Shown here: positions 9,964-20,743 of the stretch, in pieces
Position numbering within the stretch: the stretch's first letter is position 1
Layout: each line of letters opens with the position of its first letter
Source of the DNA: an uncultured Candidatus Saccharibacteria bacterium
Lineage (GTDB): Bacteria; Patescibacteriota; UBA1384; XYA2-FULL-43-10; 1-14-0-10-43-13
Assembly (NCBI GenBank): GCA_964543385.1
Contig: CAZIYE010000001.1
Coordinates: 127,143 to 191,142 of the forward strand
Reading direction: 5' to 3'
DNA: 64,000 nucleotides
The notes under the pieces: generated by a model
Told to the model about the DNA's origin: nothing
The model's database searches: none
Seen by the model: the letters and a program-made list of their open reading frames with translations, nothing else
Made by a program: the position numbers and the translations under genes

Positions 9964-10245
9964 CTCCTTAGAAAAACATAACAATTACATTAAAATAGGA
10001 TCAGCAGATCAAAGGTGGTAGCGATATCTCAAGAAACTTACAATCGTGCTCTTGATTGCTCTCATCCTAGCTCCGATGTGGCTAGAAATTTACATAAAAG
10101 CTTTCGGAAACAATAAGCATCGGAAGCTATGATTCAGCCTTTTTCTAATAAGACTAGGATCGTTTATATTCTTGTTCTTATTTTGTTCGGTATGATATAA
10201 TTAACCAATAAAGTTAGTAATTGTTGACACAGAAGAAGGGATTTC

Positions 10246-11376
10246 ATGAATTATATATTAGTCACTGTTTGTGCATTTGTTGCTGCAATGCTTGGCACTA
10301 TAGCAGTAACGTTGTTATTGAGGAAAAGTAACAAATCCGATATTGAAGAAAAAGGCCTTGAAGATAAGATAGCCCGAATATCAAGCGATGCCTTAAAAAA
10401 TAATACTGAGCAATTTTTGATTTTAGCAAAAGAAGTCTTGGGTGCACAAAAAAATGAAATCAAAGTTGATCTTGACGGTAAAAAATCAGCAATATCCAAT
10501 CTGATTGATGAAATTAGAAAAGATATTAGGAAAAACGAAGAAAGACTTACAAAAAGTGACGAGGATAGGGTTCGTTCGTTTTCAACTCTTCAAAACGAAC
10601 TAAAATCATATAAAGAGATAACAAATGATCTGAAAATGAGCACCGATAAGCTAAAAAGTCTGCTCTCCAATAATCAGCTCAGAGGGGCCTTTGGAGAACA
10701 AGTAGCGGAAGATTTATTAAAAATGGCCGGCTTTGTTGAAGGAACTTCATATACTAAAAACGAAACACAACAGACACAGAGCACCAGACCGGACTTTACT
10801 ATTCTGCTGCCAGATCAAACAAAGATCAATATCGATGTTAAATTTCCATATTCTGCTCTTGTTAAAACACTTGAGTCAGAAAACGATACAGACAAGAAAA
10901 AACACTTTATGCAGTTCCGCACAGATGTCAAGGAAAAAATCAAACAAGTGTCTACCCGCGATTATATAAACCCCGAGGAAAAGACCGTCGATTTCGTCAT
11001 ACTTTTTATCCCTAACGAGATGATCTTTAGCTACATTTACGATCAGATGAACGATGTCTGGGAAGAAGCAATGCGCAAGAAAGTTGTATTAGCTGGACCA
11101 TTTAGCTTTACTGCAATTCTTCGAATGGTTGGTCAAGCCTATTCTAATTTCCGATATCAGGAAAACCTTCAACATATTATTGGATTAATTCACAAATTCG
11201 ACGAAGAATATCAGAAATACTCTGCAGCAGTTGATACGCTTGGAGACAGGATAAGTTCGACCAGTAAACAATTTGAAGTTGTCACAACCACCAGAAACCG
11301 CCAGTTAACATCAGTCGTTGATAAAATAAAAAACCAGAATATTATAGATGATAATAAGCCCAGTCTAATTGAATAA
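10246..11376 (+). CDS. rmuC: DNA recombination protein RmuC
   Basis: N-terminal TM helix, coiled coil, and conserved RmuC core (LRGAFGEQVAEDLL ... RPDFTILLPDQTKINIDVKFP ... FVILFIPNE). Confidence 0.7.
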   Translation: MNYILVTVCAFVAAMLGTIAVTLLLRKSNKSDIEEKGLEDKIARISSDALKNNTEQFLILAKEVLGAQKNEIKVDLDGKKSAISNLIDEIRKDIRKNEERLTKSDEDRVRSFSTLQNELKSYKEITNDLKMSTDKLKSLLSNNQLRGAFGEQVAEDLLKMAGFVEGTSYTKNETQQTQSTRPDFTILLPDQTKINIDVKFPYSALVKTLESENDTDKKKHFMQFRTDVKEKIKQVSTRDYINPEEKTVDFVILFIPNEMIFSYIYDQMNDVWEEAMRKKVVLAGPFSFTAILRMVGQAYSNFRYQENLQHIIGLIHKFDEEYQKYSAAVDTLGDRISSTSKQFEVVTTTRNRQLTSVVDKIKNQNIIDDNKPSLIE

Positions 11377-12235
11377 AATGAAACAAAAAAAGAAGATTTT
11401 CAATCCTATAATTCTGCTAGTTTTTACAGCCATTGCCCTGATGGCCCTAATTGTATTGAAGCAAGAAGCACATGCACCAATAGCTGCAAGAGATTCTGTC
11501 CCTGAAAATATTGAAGCAAACACAGAGACAAGCCCTTCTGCCATACAACTAATCGCTGAGCAAAAGGATGTCAAAATACAAGAAACTATCAATGATTTAA
11601 ATATACCAATCCTAATGTATCACTATATCAGGATTGTCGAAGATACAAGCGACCAACTTGGCATTAATTTGTCAGTAACGCCAGAAAAATTTGCCCAGCA
11701 ATTGGATTCAATCAAAAGCAAGGGATATGCAACTATAACCTTTGAAGATATTGTGAAGGGCGAAATCCCAGCCAAGCCGATTATCCTAACATTTGATGAC
11801 GGATATAAAGATTTCTATACAAACGCTTATCCAGAATTAAAAAAACACAATATGACCGCTGTTTCCTATATAATCGGAAACAAAAATAATACTCAATATA
11901 TGAACGAAAAAGAGATACTGGAGATTTCTCAAAACAATATTGAGCTAGGATCGCATACTTTATCACACCCAGATTTAGCAAAGACCTCTTCTCAAACGGC
12001 GATCAAAGAGATCACTGAAAGCAAAGAGAGGATTGAAAATATAATCGGCAAAAAGATTGTAAGTTTTTGCTATCCAGCCGGAAAATACAACGACGAGACA
12101 ATCAGCATAGTTAAAAGTGCAGGCTATTCTTTCGCTGTAACAACGAACCCAGGGCTAGGAGAACTTAAATCACCGCTTACTTTAAATCGTCACAGAATAA
12201 ATGCAGATACAGACATTAATACATACCTAAAATAA
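11369..12235 (+). CDS. polysaccharide deacetylase (NodB-homology domain)
   Basis: Signal/TM at the N-terminus; NodB motifs (TFDDGYKD, HTLSHPDL). Confidence 0.65.
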   Translation: MNKMKQKKKIFNPIILLVFTAIALMALIVLKQEAHAPIAARDSVPENIEANTETSPSAIQLIAEQKDVKIQETINDLNIPILMYHYIRIVEDTSDQLGINLSVTPEKFAQQLDSIKSKGYATITFEDIVKGEIPAKPIILTFDDGYKDFYTNAYPELKKHNMTAVSYIIGNKNNTQYMNEKEILEISQNNIELGSHTLSHPDLAKTSSQTAIKEITESKERIENIIGKKIVSFCYPAGKYNDETISIVKSAGYSFAVTTNPGLGELKSPLTLNRHRINADTDINTYLK

Positions 12236-13206
12236 TGAAAGAAAAAATTACAATTACAGTCAATAAAGACGAAATAGGGGAGAGAATTGACTCTTTTCTA
12301 GCAAAAAGGTTTCCTGATTTCTCCAGATCATATTTTGGTAACTTGCTAAAAAAAGACTTAATCCTTGTGAATAAGGAAAAGCAAAAAGCAAGCCATAGAA
12401 TTAAAGAAAATGATCAGATTGAGATTAATTTTCAAGATAATGCTCCTCCCGATTTAATCCCTGAGGCAGTCAACCTTGATATCATCTACGAAGACAATAA
12501 CGTGCTGGTAATAAATAAACAGCCAGGAATTATCGTCCACCCTGGTGCTGGTAATCCTCAAGGGACAATAGCAAATGCACTGTTAGCATATGTACCAAAA
12601 ATTGGAGAAGCTGTTTTTGAAAAAGGAAATCCACTCTCTGAATCAAGACCAGGCTTAGTACATCGTCTAGATAAAGATACTTCTGGCGTTATGATTATCG
12701 CAAAGAATAGTGATACCATGTACTATCTTTCAAAACAAATAAAAGACAGAACTGTCAAAAAATCATATTTAGCCCTCTGCTATGGTTGGCCTAAAAACGA
12801 TGATGGTAGAGTAGTAAACTTTCTCGGCAGGCACCCTGTTAATAGAAAAATGATTACCGATATTGGAGATGATAAAGGAAAAATAGCAATATCTAATTAC
12901 CACGTCGATAAATACTTTACCAAAGGAAAAAATAAAATATCTTTGGTTAAATTTGATATACAAACAGGCAGAACACATCAGATTAGAACTCAAGCAAAAA
13001 TATTAGGCTTTCCTGTTTTAGGGGATAGCACTTATAATACAAAAGAGTCTATTCAATTATCCAAAGAACTAAATGCACAAAGGCAGTTACTACATGCTTA
13101 TAAACTAACAATTACATTGCCTGGCAATGCTAAGCCTAACGATTTTATAGCTCCCACTCCGAAAGATTTTGAAATTATAATAAATAAGCTCAATCTAGAG
13201 TACTAA
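12235..13206 (+). CDS. RluA-family pseudouridine synthase (RluD-like)
   Basis: S4-like N-terminus and the catalytic HRLDKDTSGVMIIAKN motif. Confidence 0.75.
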   Translation: MKEKITITVNKDEIGERIDSFLAKRFPDFSRSYFGNLLKKDLILVNKEKQKASHRIKENDQIEINFQDNAPPDLIPEAVNLDIIYEDNNVLVINKQPGIIVHPGAGNPQGTIANALLAYVPKIGEAVFEKGNPLSESRPGLVHRLDKDTSGVMIIAKNSDTMYYLSKQIKDRTVKKSYLALCYGWPKNDDGRVVNFLGRHPVNRKMITDIGDDKGKIAISNYHVDKYFTKGKNKISLVKFDIQTGRTHQIRTQAKILGFPVLGDSTYNTKESIQLSKELNAQRQLLHAYKLTITLPGNAKPNDFIAPTPKDFEIIINKLNLEY

Positions 13207-13289
13207 TCTACTCATAAAAAATCATAATTATATTTGACTCTGTTTTTAGAGGTGTGATAAATTATGAGTATTATTAATGATTGGAGTTT

Positions 13290-13922
13290 ATGGACAGAGA
13301 AAGAATTACAATTTCAATTAAGAAAAATGTTCTTGAGAAGATTGATCAAGTAATTGACGGTACTAATATCAGGAATAGGTCACATGCGGTTGAAACGTTA
13401 ACGTTGAAATCTCTAGGCTCCGCAACATCAAATCAAGCTATTATAATACTCGGCGGCGGCGATGCTATCAGGGCTATACCGGCAGCTAAGGCATACCTGC
13501 CGAAGTTAAAAGACGCAGGATTTGACAGTGTTATTATAGCTGTGGGCTTCCTGGCTGATAAGGTCAAGGAGAAAATTGGATTTGGCATCGAATTTGATCT
13601 TGCAATCAAATATTGCGACAAAGGCGAGGGCTCTGGCGGTGCACTAAATGTAATAAGAAAAGATCTAAAATCTACTTTTATTATCATAAATACTGCCAAA
13701 GATTATGATATAGACCTTAAGTCTTTATTGGAATATCACAGAAACCACAAGTCAAAGTTTACCGTTGCTACAGATGACTTAAGATCAATGCTTGGTATTT
13801 ATGTAGTTGAGCCAGAAATGCTTTCCCTAATTCCTAAAGGCTTTTCCATGCTAGATGAGGATCTAATTCCAAAACTAATAAATAATAAGGAGCTGGTTGT
13901 TTTTCCAGCATATAATAGATAA
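13290..13922 (+). CDS. ribbon-helix-helix (CopG-like) domain fused to a nucleotidyltransferase-like domain
   Basis: N-terminus ITISIKKNVLEKIDQVID...RSHAVE looks like an RHH fold. The downstream IILGGGDAIRAIP...GGALNV resembles a degenerate sugar-nucleotidyltransferase G-loop. Start placed at the ATG at 13290, which has a GGAG RBS. Confidence 0.35.
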   Translation: MDRERITISIKKNVLEKIDQVIDGTNIRNRSHAVETLTLKSLGSATSNQAIIILGGGDAIRAIPAAKAYLPKLKDAGFDSVIIAVGFLADKVKEKIGFGIEFDLAIKYCDKGEGSGGALNVIRKDLKSTFIIINTAKDYDIDLKSLLEYHRNHKSKFTVATDDLRSMLGIYVVEPEMLSLIPKGFSMLDEDLIPKLINNKELVVFPAYNR

Positions 13923-13981
13923 GTAATAGATTGACTAATTATTATCTGCTATATTATATTAAATAGCAGGAGAAAATTTTT

Positions 13982-15277
13982 ATGAAAACAAAACTTTGGG
14001 TGCTCCTTTCAGTAATTATTATAGTAATTGGCTTCAGCGTTCTTATTGTAATGCCAAAAAGTCCACTTGGCGGTGAAAAGATTAAAGCCTCTCTCGGGCT
14101 TGATTTGGTAGGAGGAACCGAACTTACATATGAAGCCGACCTCACCCAATCCAAAGATAAAATAAAAGACCTTGATAATCTAAAAAATGTTTTTGAAAAA
14201 AGAGTTAATGAGTTGGGTGTCTCGGAACCAACAATCCAAACAAGCGGTGGCAACAAGGTGATTATTGAGCTACCAGGCATCAAAGAAATAGACACTGCAA
14301 TTCAAAAAATTGGTGCTACCTATGAGCTATCTTTTATGACGGAAACTACTGATGATGACGGCATTTCCCTGAGTGATTACTATGACTCAAGTTATATATA
14401 TCCAGGTAAATGGAAAAAATCAGATCTCACGGGCAGAAATCTTGTCAAAGCTGACGCCACTTTTGAAGGAGGTACTCAAACATCGGTAAACACTACTCCT
14501 GTCGTTTCAATCAAGTTTGACAACTCTGGAAAAGAAAGATTCCGCAATCTCACCAAAAATAATGTTAATAAAAGAATTGCGATCGTACTAGATAACCAGA
14601 TCGTTTCCGCACCGAGTGTAAATGAAGAAATAGCAAGCGGAGAAGCTATCATTACTGGATCAAAAGACATTAAAGAAGCTCAACAATTAGCAAAAAGATT
14701 AAATGAAGGCATTCTACCCGTACCAACCAAGTTGATCGGACAACAAAATATCGGTGCCACACTCGGTCAAGATTCACTAAAACTGAGTATAGTTGCAGGA
14801 TTGATAGGAATGATTTTGATAACTATATTTATGCTATCATTCTACAAATTCCCAGGCCTTATCGCTGTTGTCGCACTTTTCATTTATGCATTAATAACCT
14901 TAGCAATATACAAACTAATTCCAGTAACGTTAACCCTTGCTGGTATTGCCGGTTTTATACTCTCCATTGGCATGGCTATAGACGCGAATATCCTAATTTT
15001 CGAAAGAATGAAGGAAGAACTGAGATCAGGCAAGGAGCTTAATCTATCGATTTTAGATGGTTTCAAGAGATCTTGGAATTCTATTAGAGACTCAAATATA
15101 TCTTCTATTATTACCTGCCTTATCCTTTATCTTGCAACCGGATCAGGCCCTATCCGAGGTTTTGCCCTTACACTTCTTATTGGTATTATTATAAGTCTAT
15201 TCACAGCCATCACTGTTACCAGAACAATGTTATTATTGCTATCAACTAGCCCATTAAAGAGGTTTATCCATGTTTAG
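13982..15277 (+). CDS. secD: protein translocase subunit SecD
   Basis: LGLDLVGGTEL signature; twelve-helix-type membrane topology; overlaps the start of the downstream secF. Confidence 0.85.
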   Translation: MKTKLWVLLSVIIIVIGFSVLIVMPKSPLGGEKIKASLGLDLVGGTELTYEADLTQSKDKIKDLDNLKNVFEKRVNELGVSEPTIQTSGGNKVIIELPGIKEIDTAIQKIGATYELSFMTETTDDDGISLSDYYDSSYIYPGKWKKSDLTGRNLVKADATFEGGTQTSVNTTPVVSIKFDNSGKERFRNLTKNNVNKRIAIVLDNQIVSAPSVNEEIASGEAIITGSKDIKEAQQLAKRLNEGILPVPTKLIGQQNIGATLGQDSLKLSIVAGLIGMILITIFMLSFYKFPGLIAVVALFIYALITLAIYKLIPVTLTLAGIAGFILSIGMAIDANILIFERMKEELRSGKELNLSILDGFKRSWNSIRDSNISSIITCLILYLATGSGPIRGFALTLLIGIIISLFTAITVTRTMLLLLSTSPLKRFIHV

Positions 15278-16172
15278 AATAGTCAAAAATTCCTGGGTAT
15301 GGTTTTCTGTATCCATAGCTTTAGCAGTATTGTCTATTGTCGCCATAGCTGTTTTCGGCCTTAGAATCGGAATCGATTATAGGGGTGGCACAGTGATAGA
15401 GTTCACATCGTCACAAGAGCAAAAACTCGATCTCACAAAAGAGGTATTGAACAATGAAAAATACAATGGTTATCAGATCAAAGAGAGTGGCCCAAACAAG
15501 ATAATCTTGAGAATGCAAACTCTAACGAATGATGAGCATAAAAAATTGGAAAATAGCTTCAAAGATAAATTGCCTGATTACACAGAAACCCAATATGATA
15601 CAGTCGGTCCAACAATTGGCAAGGAATTAACCAATAAGTCAATCTTCGCTGTTATCCTGGCTTCTTTGGGCATAATTATATTTATTGCATTTGCCTTTAG
15701 AAAAGTTCCAAAGCCACTATCATCATGGAAGTTTGGAGCTTGTGCCGTAGTAGCTCTAATGCATGATCTTCTTATTACTACCGGATTTGTTGCTGTTATG
15801 GGACATTTCTTTATTTGGATGGAAGTTGATGCCCTTTTTATCACAGCCCTTCTTACAATTATGGGTTTCTCTGTTCATGACACAATCGTAGTTTATGACA
15901 GACTTAGAGAAAATTTCATTAAAAATCCTCATGAGGATATCGAGCTAGCCGCAGAAGAAAGTATTAACCAAACGATAGCGCGATCGATCAATACATCTAT
16001 GACAACCATCATTGTGCTTACCGCACTATTAATCTTCGGCAGCTTCTCAATACGACACTTTATCCTGATATTAGTCTTCGGTATTGTTTTGGGAACTTAT
16101 TCGTCAATCTTCAATGCTACACCGCTATTAGTCCTTTGGCAGAAAAAAGGCCTTAAGAATGCTCAGAAATAG
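15270..16172 (+). CDS. secF: protein translocase subunit SecF
   Basis: GIDYRGGTVIEF signature, translationally coupled to secD. Confidence 0.85.
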   Translation: MFRIVKNSWVWFSVSIALAVLSIVAIAVFGLRIGIDYRGGTVIEFTSSQEQKLDLTKEVLNNEKYNGYQIKESGPNKIILRMQTLTNDEHKKLENSFKDKLPDYTETQYDTVGPTIGKELTNKSIFAVILASLGIIIFIAFAFRKVPKPLSSWKFGACAVVALMHDLLITTGFVAVMGHFFIWMEVDALFITALLTIMGFSVHDTIVVYDRLRENFIKNPHEDIELAAEESINQTIARSINTSMTTIIVLTALLIFGSFSIRHFILILVFGIVLGTYSSIFNATPLLVLWQKKGLKNAQK

Positions 16173-16319
16173 GGGAGTGAGCAGAGACAAAAACATCAAT
16201 TTTATATTTTAATAACTATTTTATGAAATTGGTTTTCAAGAGGCAGTAGGCTACTCTGGATATTTGAGAAAATAGAATTTATAATAAAAACATCTTAATT
16301 TTTAATTTTTAATTTAATT

Positions 16320-16679
16320 ATGTACCTAATTATTCTTGGTCTAGCTTTGGGACTTATCATCGGGGGATTCCTGCAATTTGATATACCCCCTGAATATGCC
16401 CGCTACACTGCAGTGGCTATTATAGGAATACTTGACTCTTTATTTGGCGCTGTCAGAGCTTCTGTTGAGAAAAAATATGATACAACCGTTTTTATAACCG
16501 GTCTTGCATTTAATATGGCTATAGCCGTTCTTATTACATTCTTTGGCGATAAATTAAATCTAGATCTTTATCTCGCGATTCTTGTCGCCTTTATGATTAG
16601 AATATTCTCTAACATCGGTCAAATAAAAACCACAACTCTCAATAAGATACAGAAAAAGGTGACAGAGAAAGCCGAATAG
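16320..16679 (+). CDS. DUF1290 / small basic protein (Sbp)-like membrane protein
   Basis: The pattern ILGLALGLIIGGFL...PEYARY...ILDSLFGAVRA...LDLYLAILVAFMIRIF matches the DUF1290 family. Confidence 0.5.
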   Translation: MYLIILGLALGLIIGGFLQFDIPPEYARYTAVAIIGILDSLFGAVRASVEKKYDTTVFITGLAFNMAIAVLITFFGDKLNLDLYLAILVAFMIRIFSNIGQIKTTTLNKIQKKVTEKAE

Positions 16680-16715
16680 TCTTTATTTGACACACAAACA
16701 GTCATCCTAGATATA

Positions 16716-16750
16716 AAAAGGCCCTAGAAACGATTCTAGGGCCTTTTATA
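16716..16750 (+). terminator. rho-independent terminator
   Basis: The hairpin AAAGGCCCTAGAAACGATTCTAGGGCCTTT is followed by TATATAT. Confidence 0.6.
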
Positions 16751-17290
16751 TATGATTATTGCCATAGCCATTAAAGACACTGTTATATAGCGGTGGGAGA
16801 TAGTAAATAAAGTTTTTTTGACACTGATAGAACATAAGATAAGAGAGGAACGAGAAGCATCATCAAATATATAAATAAGCCTATAACATCAGGCCTTGAT
16901 TGGGCAGGGAAGACGAACCTTTTGCAATCAAACGGAATAATAGGGGAATAATATCACTATTCTAATGATTATCTAATGTCGCATAATGTATGTTATGCGA
17001 CGCTTTACGCCATGATCAACGAACTCATTTTGAGCTTAATTATAGTTAGCTACCGTTAGGCTGATAATCGCCTAATAAAATCCCAAAAATCAGTGGACAA
17101 AAAAACATTTTTACCAAAGATTCTATTCTCCAATCTATTCTGCTTAAATTTTAGACAACAGTCGATTCTTATTAATGTGCGCCCGCAACAAGTGCTTTTC
17201 TATAATAAAAGCAACGATAATGACCACTCCCCCAAGCAGCCACTTCCCTACCGTTTTTAAAGAAAAATAGCTTCCAAAAATCCAGTCTTT

Positions 17291-20200
17291 CTACTCGGAT
17301 AAGTTAACTGGCTTACCTTCCTCAAGATGTTTATGATCGGCAATATTATGAGTATTATTAACAATTAAGTCCTTATCCTGCTGTGCGGATACTTCCCTGC
17401 TCTCTTTCACTGCAGGCACAGATATAAAAACATTTTCCTCTGCTGAAATAATAGATGTCTGTTGCGTCGATAATGCTCTCGACTCCGGTATTATCGGCAA
17501 GTTCTGACTATTATCAGGCTTCTGATTATCAGCAACTAGATCAGGCTCAGTCTTACTTTCGGTATCAGGTGATTGCTTTATATCTTTATTTAAATGACTG
17601 GAATCATTCTTTTTTTCAGCATTTTGATCATTGGAGTGATGTTTATCATTCGCTAACGACCCATTCTTATTTTTCTGGTCATGATGCATACTTTTTGGAT
17701 TCTTCTCGGTCTTTTGATCGGCAACTTTTCGAGATAGATCAATAATCTTTTGGCCGTTATCATCTATAATTGTACCTGACTTTTCTATTTTTTCTTTATC
17801 AATTTCTTCGCCCAAATACCACTTCACTCCCCCTCTAGCAGTGCGTTCCTTATAAATTTTACCATGCAAGATATTATCGTACCTAATAACACGAGGCTCC
17901 TTTTTTTTCTCGATCTCCCCCACCTCGCTATCTGCAGTAGTAACATCAGCATTGGATTGATTAGAGCCAGAAGCTACTTCAGGCTCGGCAGCAGCTAAAT
18001 TAACTACAGTTTTCGACTCTATTTGCTGAGATAAAGGAGCAGCCGCTGATATACTAGTGTTAGCAGTGTTTGTAGCAGCATGAGTAGTAATAGGAGTAAC
18101 TACGGGGGCAGAAACAGGAGTATGTGTAGTAGGAGCTGGTCGGTCGTGCTTTTTCAAAAGAATTGCCTCCAGACCACCCTTTTTAAAAGCCTCTGCTTCA
18201 GCTTTCAATTCATGTTCTTCCTGGGTACTTCGACCGCTTATCATCTCCTCGACATCAACACGTCGAGTAGAATAAGTAGCGTGAGAATGCTCAATAACCT
18301 TTTGAATATTGCCTGTTAATCTCTGTACTGGTGGTAATGTTTTGGCAGAAAATGCGGGAGCAGCAACACCATCAACTAACAATTTGATATAGATATTAAA
18401 TTTCTCAAGATTCAAAAGATCATTGGTTGTGAAAACTGGCTCAAACTCTTTTACCAAGACATCTGCATCAGCTCCACCTACCCTAAATGAAATAAGCGTA
18501 CCAGCGTTACCAAAGATCGCATCTCTAAGCTCTTCCGGAAGCTGTGTTATGTACTGGTGAGCCATCGTTAGACCGAGACCGTATTTTCTGGCTTCTGACA
18601 ATATCACTGCAAAAGCTTCTGTTGCAAAGTTCTGAAACTCGTCCACATATAAGAAGCAATCGGGGCGTTTATCCACAGTTACATTTGCCCGACTCATAGC
18701 TGCGAGCTGAATTTTAGTAATCATCATAGCACCAAGCAGTGCAGAGTTATCTTCACCAATTTTCCCCCGAGATAGATTTACAATCAATATCTTTTCCTGA
18801 TCCATTATCTCTCGGATGTTTATCCGTGATTTTGGTTGACCAACTATATTTCTAATTGTTGAAGAAGAAAGAAATTGACCGACTTTGTTTAGAATTGGTG
18901 AAACGGCTTCCGTTCTAAATTTATTATCAAATGAAGCAAACTCATTCATCCAGAACTCTTTAATAATAGGATCTTTGACATTTAATAAAACATTGTCCCT
19001 AAAGCGATTATTTGTTAACATTCGCGGAATATCAAGCATGGTAGCCCCCGGATGATCAAGAAGAGCCAAAACCGTGTTTCTAAGAATATGTTCCAGTCTT
19101 GGACCCCATGATTTATCGAAAAGTTTTTTAATAATACCAATAAAACCAGAGGCGACTAATCCCTTGAAATCATCGTCAACAGTTTCTAGAAGATTAAAGG
19201 CAATTGGAAAATCGCGATCCGAAGGATCAAATACTATTACATCATTTACTCTCTCATCTGGTATACAAGATAAAACTTTTTCAGCAAGTTCTCCATGAGG
19301 ATCAACAACAATAACACCAGATCCCTTGCATACATCGTTTATCGCCATATTCTCAATCAAAACAGATTTACCTACACCAGATTTACCTACAAGATAAATA
19401 TGTCTTCTTCTATCGTCTCTCTTAATACCAAATTCAGTGAAAACATTGCGAAAATTAGTCATGCCAATAACCGTAAAATCCTCTGGCGGAATATTTGACC
19501 TAATTGGTAAATTTGCTGGCGGTTCACCCTTTTTCGAACCAGACCACACAATATTAGGTGTTGACACGGTGCTAGATGGAAAATGGAATAAAGATGCAAG
19601 CTCGGCGATATTAAATATATTGCCATCATCCTCGAAAGAACGACCGACATAATCTTGCCAAAGAGTATGGTCATTCGACTTTATCTCCCCTACTCTAAAA
19701 CCATTTAGATTTGTTGTATTAAACTGTTTAAAAGCAGCGCAAACATTTCGACACTTTAATTTGGCCGAGGTTGGATCTGTGCCCAATGCAACTATTCTTA
19801 TCTTTGTCTCAAAACCTAATTTTGTAATTTTTTGCTCAATTCCCTTCAAAGCTTCCTCGACAGAAGCCTGTAGTTTGATATCTTTCTTATCATCTTTTTC
19901 GGAATAACCAGGATTAACAGCCTGAGACAAAAGACCCTTACCAACATTAGTAAATTCCTTTAGGAGAAGATTTGCAAAACCAAGTTTGGCTGTCGGCTTG
20001 CCACCAGATCGGACTGAATTTACCCTCGTATGCCCCTTTTCCTGCCAACGGTCACCCTTTGGTCTAATTATCATCTGAAACCAAATTTCTTCTCCTGCGC
20101 TCAATTGTGACATTACAGAAGTAATCGCTGAGATTGGGTCAACTTCGAAGTCTGTAAATTGCTTGATAGGATATACATCGGGCTTTGTAAGCGCTAATTC

Positions 20201-20614
20201 AGTAATTGCAAAATTCTTTGATTCAACATCTGGCCGAACTGTATAATCCTCAACTTCATGAATTTCAACATTCGGATATTGAGCGTAGACCTGCCCTTCA
20301 ACAAAATCCTTCAAGTGAACTGGCAAATAGACGAAAAACTGTATGAATTTTTCCTTGGAAATAATCTCAAAACTTAAATGATATTGAAATTTAGCACTCT
20401 CTGAATAGATACCATGAATTGTAGCGAACATCTGTTCGGCAGCCATCGGTGATTTCTCATTCATCCTAGGCACATCTATGCGAATAACGGTGTATTCCTG
20501 TGATGTCATCCACTGTATCTTCTTCATTCTATGATTAATACGAAAAATCGCCCATATCAAATAGATTGGACCAAAAATTAGAATAATATATAAAAGGTAT
20601 AGGATAAAAGACAT
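17291..20614 (-). CDS. membrane-anchored VirB4/VirD4-superfamily (HerA/FtsK-fold, DUF87/TraG-D_C-like) ATPase with a roughly 350-aa low-complexity C-terminal tail
   Basis: N-terminal TM helix. Walker A is GKSGVGKS, followed by a VVDPHGELAE motif. Walker B is FLYVDEFQNF, and the ARKYGLGLTMAHQY motif resembles TrwB/VirD4/VirB4 motifs. The C-terminal third is K/D/N/S-rich and predicted disordered. Confidence 0.6.
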   Translation of the reverse strand: MSFILYLLYIILIFGPIYLIWAIFRINHRMKKIQWMTSQEYTVIRIDVPRMNEKSPMAAEQMFATIHGIYSESAKFQYHLSFEIISKEKFIQFFVYLPVHLKDFVEGQVYAQYPNVEIHEVEDYTVRPDVESKNFAITELALTKPDVYPIKQFTDFEVDPISAITSVMSQLSAGEEIWFQMIIRPKGDRWQEKGHTRVNSVRSGGKPTAKLGFANLLLKEFTNVGKGLLSQAVNPGYSEKDDKKDIKLQASVEEALKGIEQKITKLGFETKIRIVALGTDPTSAKLKCRNVCAAFKQFNTTNLNGFRVGEIKSNDHTLWQDYVGRSFEDDGNIFNIAELASLFHFPSSTVSTPNIVWSGSKKGEPPANLPIRSNIPPEDFTVIGMTNFRNVFTEFGIKRDDRRRHIYLVGKSGVGKSVLIENMAINDVCKGSGVIVVDPHGELAEKVLSCIPDERVNDVIVFDPSDRDFPIAFNLLETVDDDFKGLVASGFIGIIKKLFDKSWGPRLEHILRNTVLALLDHPGATMLDIPRMLTNNRFRDNVLLNVKDPIIKEFWMNEFASFDNKFRTEAVSPILNKVGQFLSSSTIRNIVGQPKSRINIREIMDQEKILIVNLSRGKIGEDNSALLGAMMITKIQLAAMSRANVTVDKRPDCFLYVDEFQNFATEAFAVILSEARKYGLGLTMAHQYITQLPEELRDAIFGNAGTLISFRVGGADADVLVKEFEPVFTTNDLLNLEKFNIYIKLLVDGVAAPAFSAKTLPPVQRLTGNIQKVIEHSHATYSTRRVDVEEMISGRSTQEEHELKAEAEAFKKGGLEAILLKKHDRPAPTTHTPVSAPVVTPITTHAATNTANTSISAAAPLSQQIESKTVVNLAAAEPEVASGSNQSNADVTTADSEVGEIEKKKEPRVIRYDNILHGKIYKERTARGGVKWYLGEEIDKEKIEKSGTIIDDNGQKIIDLSRKVADQKTEKNPKSMHHDQKNKNGSLANDKHHSNDQNAEKKNDSSHLNKDIKQSPDTESKTEPDLVADNQKPDNSQNLPIIPESRALSTQQTSIISAEENVFISVPAVKESREVSAQQDKDLIVNNTHNIADHKHLEEGKPVNLSE

Positions 20615-20743
20615 TTAAACCTTCAATAAATCTGGGAAGGATAATATTCCTTCTAACAATATTATATAAGAGATTAGATTTTTTTGCAAAGAGATCGAAG
20701 ATAAAAATGACCTTTTGCGGCCGTAAAGCGCCATGGCAAAGGA

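Noticed and set aside
16750-17290. 540-bp AT-rich gap between convergent genes, with a 9-bp hairpin (GTCGCATAA...TTATGCGAC) near 16975.
   Set aside because: It is consistent with ordinary convergent terminators. There are no conserved ncRNA motifs, tRNA or repeats.
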